From Sedimentisphaerales bacterium (lineage in GTDB: Bacteria; Planctomycetota; Phycisphaerae; Sedimentisphaerales; Anaerobacaceae), in contig OY970194.1 in the NCBI GenBank assembly GCA_963708075.1, forward strand, positions 4,128,001-4,192,000: a stretch of DNA of 64,000 nt, read 5' to 3'. This document shows, in pieces, positions 48,218-56,958 of the stretch. A program made the translations under genes and the position numbers. Every line of letters begins with the position of its first letter. Position 1 is the stretch's first letter. The notes under the pieces are model-generated. The model saw only the letters and a list, made by a program, of their open reading frames with translations, was not told the origin of the DNA and made no database searches.

Positions 48218-48931
48218 ATGAGAACAGTGGTTGTGGCATGCGTCATTACAGCATGCGCATTTATTGGGCACTCCGCGTGGGCCGACCTATTTGATCCGGC
48301 CGACATTGATCAACAGCAGACGAGTATAGATCTCTGCTACGCGGTCGGGGATCTGCTTGGGATGCCGGTTTCGACTATGATGGCCCAGACATTCACAGTG
48401 GGCAAGCCGGGCATCTGGTATGGTATCGAAATCGGCGTCATAGATGCACCTATTTACGGGCCCGTGTCCCCGCCGCTTGTGCAGATCGGATACACGCAAG
48501 AAGATGGTCTGCCTCCTTGGACGAATCTCGGATCTGTCACTCTGTCCGACCCTGACCCCTCCGATGGCTGGATCCGCGGCACCCTTGTCTCGCCCATCTC
48601 CGTCACCGCGGGGGAAATGTACTCCATCATCGTGCAGCGGGACCCCGAATCTCCTGGAATCGTCTCGGTGGGTGCCACATATAATGAATCCTACCGCCCC
48701 GACCCCCTGAACCTGAACCCCCTGGACCCGGACGGCGGGGCCCTGTGGGGAAACGATGACGGTACCAATTGGGAGTTGTTAATGTTAAGTGGCGACGGCC
48801 TATTCGACTTCCCTGTCTACGACATGCAGTTCCGAACCTACGTCGCGCCTGTTCCCCTGCCGGCGGGAGTCTTGTTGGGGATTCTCGGCCTGGGCGTCGC
48901 GGGCTGGCGTCTGAGACGTCAAATGGCATAA
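48218..48931 (+). CDS. Exported protein with VPLPA-CTERM (PEP-CTERM-like) sorting signal
   Basis: GGAGGAG RBS; signal peptide ending AWA; C-terminal PVPLPAGVLLGILGLGVAGWRLRR. Confidence 0.88.
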   Translation: MRTVVVACVITACAFIGHSAWADLFDPADIDQQQTSIDLCYAVGDLLGMPVSTMMAQTFTVGKPGIWYGIEIGVIDAPIYGPVSPPLVQIGYTQEDGLPPWTNLGSVTLSDPDPSDGWIRGTLVSPISVTAGEMYSIIVQRDPESPGIVSVGATYNESYRPDPLNLNPLDPDGGALWGNDDGTNWELLMLSGDGLFDFPVYDMQFRTYVAPVPLPAGVLLGILGLGVAGWRLRRQMA

Positions 48932-49194
48932 CCGAGCATCGGCAACCATCGTAATTTCAGGGCTGCGTTTCACCACGGACGCAGCCCTGTTGCTTTTGTC
49001 CATCCGGGTCGACAAACAGGACCACGTGTACCTGTCAAGCGCCGACGGGACCATCCTGGAAACCCGCCTATCTCTTTGAAGCATAGGCACTTAGATCCCG
49101 GAGCCACGAGCTCGCATTTTCCCCCATCTGAGACTATACTGCCTGGCGAATTGGCCCGGCTTCCATTGTGTTGTGAAGCCTTGGCGGAGGTGGC

Positions 49195-49336
49195 ATGACA
49201 GAGAGTCTCGACATCCTCAGTACCGCTGTTTCACTGCTCATCAGAGCCGCTCTGCTCGCGGCGCGGTTCTCGGGACGCGTTCGCAAGCGAAACCTCAGAC
49301 GACTGGCGGCCAAGGATACCGATGACAAGGCCAAGG
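49195..49336 (+). pseudogene. 5' gene fragment, probably transposase-associated, cut off by the tRNA-Phe fragment
   Basis: GGAGG RBS; MTESLDILSTAVSLLIRAALLAARFSGRVRKRNLRRLAAKDTDDKAK runs directly into the att copy; family assignment from memory only. Confidence 0.45.
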
Positions 49337-49363
49337 TGAACCAGCGACACACGGATTTTCAGT
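49337..49363 (-). repeat. tRNA-Phe internal fragment, att-like copy 1
   Basis: 27-nt identity to 55656-55682, extendable to 49368 with one mismatch. Confidence 0.95.
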
Positions 49364-49790
49364 GCGTTTAGGCCATCTGTAAGTGCTTATGGCATAAGGG
49401 TTAATGGCTGCTACATAAGGACTTAGAGGGCTGGCGTAGGTCGCACAGAGGACGAACTGAGGGCCAACGTAGCAGCGTTGGCACACGTTTTTGGCACATC
49501 AACGAGTTGAGAGCACTGACAAGACCGGTCCAGTATCAGCAGCTCCCATCTCAGGAACAGCGGCCCACCGCTACCATGGTTGAGCCCGAGGACCCTTTCC
49601 TGTTTGGCTTCGGCTACGGCTTCGGTAGGACCTCCGCCTACGCCAAACAGGCGGCGGCATTCGCCGCCGGAGTCGCGGAGCCCAACGAGTTGTCTCCGTC
49701 CGCCAGCCTCGCCGATCCGGCTGCTTGCCGCGAGGCCCCTGGAGCCCCGTACGGCGTCGTCCAGAACCGTAAAGATATTCATCCCATCCA

Positions 49791-50887
49791 TCAGGCGGCC
49801 CTCCGATAGAAGTGCAGGAGTCCGCCAAGCCGCTCCTGGCAGACGACTTTGCCTTCCCCTTGCGGAGGCGGCTCGATGATCTCGTTGCCGATACCCTGGT
49901 GAGCCCGCTCCGTATGATAGTGCTCCATGTACTCTTTGATGACGAACTCCAGGTGCCGCTCGCCGAAGATCAGCATCCGATTCAAGCACTCGCTCTTGAT
50001 GCTGCGGACAAACCTCTCGACGATGCAATTTAGGTGCGGTGCCATGGGCAGGGTCCGGATGCACTTGACCCCGGACGACTTCAGGATTTCCCGGAACTCC
50101 TCAGTGAACAGAGGGTCCCGGTCGTGGATCAGGTACTTCTTGTCCTTAAGGAAACCTGAGAATTGATCGGCCAGATTCCTGGCTTTCTGGAGCATCCATT
50201 CGCGATGGGCCTGCTGGATGATACCGGCCACGTTCGCCTTGCGCGTGGCGTAGTCGATAGTGACCAGAACCATGTATCGGGTAAGGCCAGACAGGGTGTA
50301 AATCTCAGTCGTGAAGAAGTCGATAGCCGCCAGAGACTCCCAATGCGACCGTAGGAACTCTGACCAGCGGGTCTCTCTGGCTCGATCCGGACCGGGCGTG
50401 TATCCATTTCGCTTGAGGACATTGTCGATGGTCGTGTGGCAGATGTTGTGCCCCAAGTACTTGAGTTGTCCTTTGATCCTTCGAGAGCCCCAAGTCTTGT
50501 TCTTGCGTGTGATTTGGACGATCAGTTCCTCCATCTCTTCGGAGATTCTCTTTCTACCGGGTGTCCCCTTCTCCTTCTTCTTGCTGCCATCATACTTGCG
50601 AGCGATGAGATTGCGATGTCATCGGAGGATCGTATCTGGGGAGAAGACAGAACAAGCGTCATTCAGGACCGACCGCCCCAAACGTTTGCCAGTCGTGCCA
50701 ATCGCATCCGCTGGTTGTCATTGAGAAGGATTCTCTTGGTGTCGAGCTTCTCGCGTAGAATCTTGTTCTCCTCCTTGAGGTACACAATCACATCCCGCTG
50801 ATGCCGGTTGATCCAGCCGGCCAGCATCATCAGGAGCATGCCCATAGGTTTGACTTTCACCACCACTTCAGCCTTTCCACCTTCCAA
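49791..50887 (-). pseudogene. Integrase-core (rve) transposase pseudogene
   Basis: AIDFF, LIHDRD, ERFVRSIKSECL, ERAHQGIGN, RLGGLL; frameshift near 50688 plus in-frame TGA near 50620. Confidence 0.9.
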
Positions 50888-50959
50888 ACCATGTCCAGGA
50901 AATCAGGGTAAGCCATTATAGGTGGAATGCTCTCCGAGAGGAATCATTATCGCCGGTCC

Positions 50960-51284
50960 CTCCAGCGCGTTCGAAAGGCCGGGGTGAATTGAAGGTGCCA
51001 GGTACGAATGGCAGGAAGAAGATCGGGCGTTCGATTTTAAGACGCATCCGGTGAACGGCTTCAAGGCCGGCGGTGTGGTGCGGGTGAAGCTCAACGGCGA
51101 GAACGACAACTGTCGCTGGTATCTCAACGATGCCGACGACATTCCGACGGTTGCCCTAGCCTACACGACGAACCTGGTGCACACACTCTATCCCGAATAC
51201 GGCAAGATCAGGTGGGAGTTCTGCAAGCACTATTCCCGCGATCAGAAGACGGACGCCATCAAGTACGACCCGTACGCCAAGTAA
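50960..51284 (+). pseudogene. 3' remnant of an unidentified gene
   Basis: Coding-like frame (YEWQEEDRAFDFKTHPVNGF..KYDPYAK*) with an upstream in-frame stop and no proper start. Confidence 0.35.
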
Positions 51285-51432
51285 GCCACTTCTGTCCACC
51301 ATGCACTTACGACAAGAGGTCCAGCGTCGTACTGCTGGGCCTCTTATGCCGTTGCCAGCCGATCCGCTGGCGATCACCTTCGTCAAGGCGCTGTGATCCA
51401 GGTGTGGCGGCGCGGAATATGATCTACTTCGC

Positions 51433-51476
51433 GGTTCGGGACCAAGAGGGTGCAGGTTCACACCTTGTCGCCCCGA
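51433..51476 (+). repeat. Degenerate 3' half of tRNA-Pro(CGG), att relic
   Basis: GGTTCGGGACCAAGAGGGTGCAGGTTCACACCTTGTCGCCCCGA: anticodon loop TTCGGGA, damaged T arm, acceptor CGCCCCGA; no 5' half. Confidence 0.7.
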
Positions 51477-51560
51477 TTTGGCAAAGGTATTGCTCTTTCT
51501 TGCCGCTGTCATCCGCACAGTCTCAGAAAACGCTTTCAGACAATTCCCCTTTCTTTTTGC

Positions 51561-54500
51561 CTATTCTCTCTGAGGACCGAGTACGATGGGGTGCGCAGCG
51601 TTAGATCCATCAAGAAGTCTCTCGATCAATCGAAATTCAGGGAGAAGGTCCTGATCATGTTCCACGCCCTTGAATGGATTGCCGGTCTGCGGAGTGGCAG
51701 GATTCACCGCCGTAAGCTCTTCACGCGAATAGGGAACGTAAAGCCCAAAACCGATCTTGCCCGTAGCACGCGTCAACCAATCACCGTGCTTGCTCACACG
51801 AATTGGCCGATGCACGTTGTGCTCTCTAAGATAGTTCTTGATCTCTTGTTGATGAAGAAAATGTGGATAAGCACCTTGCGGGCGTTTTGCCAACTTGGCT
51901 GCCTTCTCCTCGTTTTCTGATAACTTTTGCCGCTCCCACACTTCAACCTCAGCGGCAAGTTCCTCAAACGCTCGGCCCAATTGCTTCCGTCGATCGCTCA
52001 TCGCGTACGGAATTACGGGCTGGCCGATGATGTCCCGCCAAAGCGCAACGACAGCGTTTTCGTTGGATCTTCCTCCTGGATCGAGAAACCATTCGCAAAC
52101 AATGCCTGCTTCCTCTATCCGTGTTCGCTGCTGCTCGAACCATGCGGCACACGCCTTGAGTAGATCCGGCTCTCCATGCGACGTGTCGCTCCTCGATTCG
52201 ACCAAAAACATCCTGCCATTCAGCAATGGTGTCAGTCGCTCTGCTTGCGTTCTCTCAATTCCTGGTGGAACTTGTGAGATAGTTTCGAGATCATCGTCAG
52301 GCAAATATTCCCGTCGCTTGAATTCTGCGGTACGTGCTTCGAGAAACTCCTTCACGTTATCTCCGATCAACACACGGGACTTGAGCAAAATAGCCTCATC
52401 GGGAAATGGACTGTGAATCCTCAGCGGAACTGACAGGAGAGGAACGCGATCGTCTAATGGCCAGAACGCATCTCTATATTGCGGGTCCACATCTGTTTTT
52501 ACGGCGATAAGGGCCGTATTTTCATCAGTCCGCAAGCTTGGAAGGATGCGCCCATTTCTTCGCGAGGCCAAAATGATGCATCGGTGAATGCCCGCCCAGC
52601 GGAGCATTGAGATCCATGACAGTGTGAAACCTTGGGGCAAACTCGCCCATTGCGCTACTTCGATTCTGTCGGTCCCAGGTGTATAGCCCGGGTACCGCAG
52701 CCCACGGTAGTAGGCGTGGCTACTCCCTGTCAGCCGCTTCGTCGGTCCATAGACCAAAGCATATGCGAGCATATCCCGCATCACGGCTTCAAGGAGTGGT
52801 TTGCTGAAAGGATACATTTCGGTTGCCAAGCGATCCCGTGTCAGGGTCAGTGGCAATGCCCCGTCTGGATCGAAGATCGAAACTGAAGGCACTTTCAGGC
52901 ACAAGGACTCCTCTGTTGACTTGTCGCTCCCCAAATGTGTCTTGCCATTTGTGGAGAGTGTATGCCACTTGACTCCCCTATCGCGCTCCATGTCCCCAAT
53001 CGTGATGCCGTTGCATGTCAATGTGGTCCCGTATTCTTCATAGGTCCATTGGATGTCCGTAAAGGGCTGATACGTGATTCGTCGCCACTTCAACGGTAGA
53101 GTTGCGCCTTCGGAAGGAAGCCAATTGTCATTATGGTCATTGAAATCGCCTGACCGATCAGTGTCTTCACCGTTACGAAGGCGTTTGACGACCGGATCAG
53201 ACAACCGATACCAATTCCACTCAAAACGAGAACTGTCGCCAAGGGGAGCAGAAAGCCTGACCCTAACTGTTGTTCCAATCTCCCGGCGCGCATGAAAGAG
53301 GTCAATTGACTCGTCTTCAAGGCGGGCCGTGAACTGGATGGCACGAGCAGAGGAATAATGCCGAGTGATGACCTGCAATTGTTCGCCCAACAAGAAAGCT
53401 GCAAGTGCGCCGACGCCAAAGCGACCGCTGCGGAGGACTTTGGAATGCCCGTTTGCGTCAGTGAACAACTTCTGCCAATCCGAGGAACGGCGATATGTAG
53501 CACCGGCCTTCAAGAAGAAATCTCGGACGATCTCAGCAGTCATTCCGATGCCGCGGTCAGCAACTTCGAACCAGTGAAGCCAATCCGATGGCGGACCGCC
53601 ATTTTCGGGCGTCGGTGTTTTCTCATCACGGCTGCATTCGGCGAGAATCACATCCGCATTGGGGAATCGAGAGTCGATGGGCGCAAAACTCGATTTACTC
53701 TCGAACGATAAAGCTCGCCGTTCCCGAACGGCGTCGAGCGCGTTTTGCAGCAACTCACGCACGCCAATGCCGGGGCTATCCCCATACAACGGCTTGACGA
53801 GCAATTTCAAGTATTCGCCTTGTGCGGTATCGAAGGCGGCGCGACAAGGCACGAACGTCAACTTTGATTCAAAACTCTGATCATAGAGATTCGATTTCAC
53901 TCGCCGTAAGCTCAACCACAATCGTGACAGGCGATCATAACGGCCATAGACCTCACCCAACACGGTCCAGCCGTGATCAAGCTCGGATTGAAGCATTTCG
54001 TGCCATTGCCGTAATCGAAACAGGGTCGACGCGATGAAGACTTCGCTCGGTTGGACATCAATGCAGACGGCTTCAGGGTCTTCATCGACATTGAGCCGAA
54101 CATCAAAAATTGCCTGATGAGACTCCTGTTCGCGCCGAGAGTAAGGGCTGGCAAGCTTCTGAATCAAGGCACGGGAGCCCGCTGCACGCTCGGCGTGTAC
54201 GTGCAACACATCGGCAACGCGCAGCACTGCCATCAGGTACACGACGTGTGTCCCGCGACTCTCTCGAAGATTGTTGGAGTGGTGGCGTGAGAGATAGCCA
54301 AATGTGTCGCGCAACTGCATGCCGTGTGAGCGAGATACCAGCCCGATCAAATCCCTCAGTTCCGGCGATACCATCGAGGAATCACTAACAATCAGTTGTG
54401 GGCCGTCATTGCCCGGCCATCCGTAACAAGCAATCTCATGAGCCAGGCGATGATGATGTCTCCGAATGAACTCTCCGATGAGCAGTGTTTGGCACTCGGT

Positions 54501-55055
54501 CAGTGGCTCGTTGCAGCGTACGATATGTGTTAGATGTTGTGTTGATTTGCTGTGTGACCATGGCAATTCGCCGAACAGCCGGCGAATCGTTCGCTCCCCC
54601 CAATGCCGCGATTCTTCAAGGTACATTTCCCATAAGGCGTGCCACGGCTGGTCCAACGCCTTATCGATCAATGGGCGAGCAGCACCGTCTATGAGTTCTG
54701 CAAAGGCCGCTTGCGTGAGGAACATCCCCATATCGTGGTACAAAACCGCGCCCGTTAGCACAAAAACGTCCTCCGCTGAGGTAACATCCCAACTATTGGG
54801 CCGGCCAAAACCACCAGTACATATCAAAAACTCGGCAAGGTGGGCAACGCGTAAGAGATGTTGTATCCCGTGGTCGGTGTATTCAGGAAAGAAGGTCATT
54901 CGAGGATGCTTACCAAGCCAAGCCACGTAGTGGCTGTAAGCAGCGTCAAGCAGCGGATAGCAGTTGCCGGCTTTTTGTTCTATTCTAGTCGGCAGTATCT
55001 GCTTGATGGGCAAATTCGGTATATCATTATGGCGTTCAACTGGCATTCGAACCAT
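51561..55055 (-). CDS. HD-domain (HD-CE-like) + Hsp90/GHKL ATPase multidomain protein, putative defence/conflict effector
   Basis: YTDHGIQH, LYHDMGM, RRHH, SHG, LRVADVL; LYG..VRELLQNALDA, DRGIGMT, GRFGVG, GTTVRV; more AT-rich than flanks; start uncertain. Confidence 0.85.
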   Translation of the reverse strand: MVRMPVERHNDIPNLPIKQILPTRIEQKAGNCYPLLDAAYSHYVAWLGKHPRMTFFPEYTDHGIQHLLRVAHLAEFLICTGGFGRPNSWDVTSAEDVFVLTGAVLYHDMGMFLTQAAFAELIDGAARPLIDKALDQPWHALWEMYLEESRHWGERTIRRLFGELPWSHSKSTQHLTHIVRCNEPLTECQTLLIGEFIRRHHHRLAHEIACYGWPGNDGPQLIVSDSSMVSPELRDLIGLVSRSHGMQLRDTFGYLSRHHSNNLRESRGTHVVYLMAVLRVADVLHVHAERAAGSRALIQKLASPYSRREQESHQAIFDVRLNVDEDPEAVCIDVQPSEVFIASTLFRLRQWHEMLQSELDHGWTVLGEVYGRYDRLSRLWLSLRRVKSNLYDQSFESKLTFVPCRAAFDTAQGEYLKLLVKPLYGDSPGIGVRELLQNALDAVRERRALSFESKSSFAPIDSRFPNADVILAECSRDEKTPTPENGGPPSDWLHWFEVADRGIGMTAEIVRDFFLKAGATYRRSSDWQKLFTDANGHSKVLRSGRFGVGALAAFLLGEQLQVITRHYSSARAIQFTARLEDESIDLFHARREIGTTVRVRLSAPLGDSSRFEWNWYRLSDPVVKRLRNGEDTDRSGDFNDHNDNWLPSEGATLPLKWRRITYQPFTDIQWTYEEYGTTLTCNGITIGDMERDRGVKWHTLSTNGKTHLGSDKSTEESLCLKVPSVSIFDPDGALPLTLTRDRLATEMYPFSKPLLEAVMRDMLAYALVYGPTKRLTGSSHAYYRGLRYPGYTPGTDRIEVAQWASLPQGFTLSWISMLRWAGIHRCIILASRRNGRILPSLRTDENTALIAVKTDVDPQYRDAFWPLDDRVPLLSVPLRIHSPFPDEAILLKSRVLIGDNVKEFLEARTAEFKRREYLPDDDLETISQVPPGIERTQAERLTPLLNGRMFLVESRSDTSHGEPDLLKACAAWFEQQRTRIEEAGIVCEWFLDPGGRSNENAVVALWRDIIGQPVIPYAMSDRRKQLGRAFEELAAEVEVWERQKLSENEEKAAKLAKRPQGAYPHFLHQQEIKNYLREHNVHRPIRVSKHGDWLTRATGKIGFGLYVPYSREELTAVNPATPQTGNPFKGVEHDQDLLPEFRLIERLLDGSNAAHPIVLGPQRE

Positions 55056-55291
55056 TATACATGTTTTTAGCGAGTTGCACTCGTGGACGATGAGGAACAG
55101 CAATTAGTAGTTGAGGAACCCGCCGTCCTCCGCCATCCGTGCTCCGTCCTCCATTCTCTGCGTTTGGGTGGTGAAGAACTCGGCGGGCGAGCCCCACCGT
55201 ACCGTCCTCGTTCTCCGCGGTGAGGAATCCGTATTCATCTTGTGTGAATCCGTGTCTCCTCTGCGTCCCCCGGCGTTCTCTGCGATGAAAT

Positions 55292-55530
55292 CCCGCACCA
55301 CTGGCGTTGAAGGTCCGGTTGGCTGCCGTTGGTATTATCGACGGGGAGCGGATCAGTGCGGCCAAGCCACTGGCTGAGTTGCTCAAGGACTTTACAGGTC
55401 ACATGGACGCCAAAGAGAGAAGTGCACAGCACGTGCGGTTGAACGATGAGCGGGCGGCGCATGCCTTGCTTCCCGATCTGGCAGCCAAACCCGATAGTGA
55501 ACAGGCGAGAGCGACCGGCACAGACAACGC
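55292..55530 (+). pseudogene. Internally deleted tyrosine integrase remnant
   Basis: RLAAVGIID..KPLAELLKDF..MDAKERSAQHVR fused to LNDERAAHALLPDL..RATGTD; points toward the tRNA 3' end; no catalytic domain left; recognised from memory of planctomycete integrases. Confidence 0.55.
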
Positions 55531-55639
55531 GATTGTCACTGACTTGGGTGGGACGCTTCGGGGTACAAATCGGCAGAATTCGGCGCATCTCGGCGCAAAG
55601 CAAGACCGCGTTTCTGATAGCGGCAACGCGGTTTCTGAG

Positions 55640-55712
<73 letters not shown>

Positions 55713-55738
55713 GGGTAGTGCCCATAAAAGGCGGAGCT

Positions 55739-55766
55739 AGTGTACCACAGGCCGTAACGATTGCAA
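55739..55766 (-). promoter_or_regulatory. tRNA-Phe promoter
   Basis: Minus strand TTGCAA-N16-TACACT with TG extension. Confidence 0.55.
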
Positions 55767-55870
55767 GCATTTTAAGCTCGCACCCGACATTTTGTTCGGG
55801 GTGGCGGTGGAAAAGGCGGGCGAACGCTCTTGGCCGGGTATCCACTGAAACGAAACATCCCCCTTTGCTT

Positions 55871-55915
55871 TTTACATGGCATTTACACACTTCGGGTCGT
55901 ATTTTAGCCTATAAT
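55871..55915 (+). promoter_or_regulatory. Response-regulator promoter with tandem TTTACA repeat
   Basis: TTTACA at 55871 and 55882 (11-bp period); TATAAT at 55910. Confidence 0.55.
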
Positions 55916-55935
55916 TAAGGTGTGGCAGGATGATT

Positions 55936-56633
55936 ATGGAATTACAGGCACACATACTGGTTGTTGAAGACGAGCAGGCGATCCGGACGGCGCTGGTGGA
56001 TTTCCTGGAGTACCACGGCTTCCGGGTCACGCCGGCGTGCGACGGGCTTGCGGCCAAGCAGGCGGTCGAGCAGAACCGCTTCGACCTGATCCTGCTCGAC
56101 CTGATGCTGCCGGGGATCGGCGGCGAGCAGTTGTGCTCGCTGTGGCGCCACGGCGGGGTACAGACCCCCATCATCATGGTCACGGCCAAGGGGCAGGAGA
56201 AGGACAGGATCCAGGGCCTCGACCTCGGGGCCGACGATTACATTACCAAGCCATTCTCGCTGGAGGAGATGCTGGCCCGCATCCGGGCGGTGCTTCGGCG
56301 GACGGACCCGGCCCGGGGCGTCGGCCAGAGCTTCGCGTTCGGCGACCTGCACATCGACATGGCCTCGCTCAAGGCTCTGCGCGGCGGCCGCAACATCGAC
56401 CTGACCAAGCGTGAAGCCCTGATCGTCCAGTACTTCGCCGCCAACCCCAACCGGGTGATCGATCGCGAGGAGCTCTACCGCGAGGTCTGGCACGATCTTC
56501 TGACCGACCTGGGCACGCGGACAGTCGATATGCACATCGCCAAGCTGCGAGCCAAAATCGAGCAGGACGTTTCCGCCCCGCAGATCATCCAAACCGTCCG
56601 GGCGCGGGCTACAAGTACGCGACCGCCCTGTAG
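55936..56633 (+). CDS. OmpR/PhoB-family response regulator with a single-base frameshift at ~56600
   Basis: ILVVEDE, DLILLDLMLP, GADDYITKPF, RTVDMHIAKLR; adding 1 nt restores TVRGAGYKYATAL*. Confidence 0.92.
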
Positions 56634-56701
56634 GTCGCTGGGTCCATGCGCGGCTGGTGCCAGGAAGAAACTGGAGTGTCTGTGAGAATAATCGGGTATC
56701 C

Positions 56702-56794
56702 GGGTGGCAGCGGCAAGCGAAGAGAATCGGAGCTTGCCGATGGTGCTATGCATCCGAGGAGCCATCGGCAAGCTGGCGCTTGCCGCTGCCACCC
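56702..56794. repeat. REP-like nested palindrome
   Basis: GGGTGGCAGCGGCAAGCG / CGCTTGCCGCTGCCACCC enclosing AGCTTGCCGATGG / CCATCGGCAAGCT. Confidence 0.85.
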
Positions 56795-56850
56795 AGCACT
56801 TTGCCCAAGAACCTGGACAGACACAAACTGGATGTGATTGGATAAGGCTT

Positions 56851-56922
56851 GGGTGCCATGCTTACGCTCGCGTAAGCATGCTGTTTATGGAACATGTCTA
56901 CGCGAGCGTAGACATGGCACCC
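56851..56922. repeat. REP-like inverted doublet
   Basis: GGGTGCCATGCTTACGCTCGCGTAAGCATG and inverted CATGTCTACGCGAGCGTAGACATGGCACCC, each internally palindromic. Confidence 0.85.
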
Positions 56923-56958
56923 GATCCGTGGGTTTCTTAAGAGAACGATCCGACGAGT

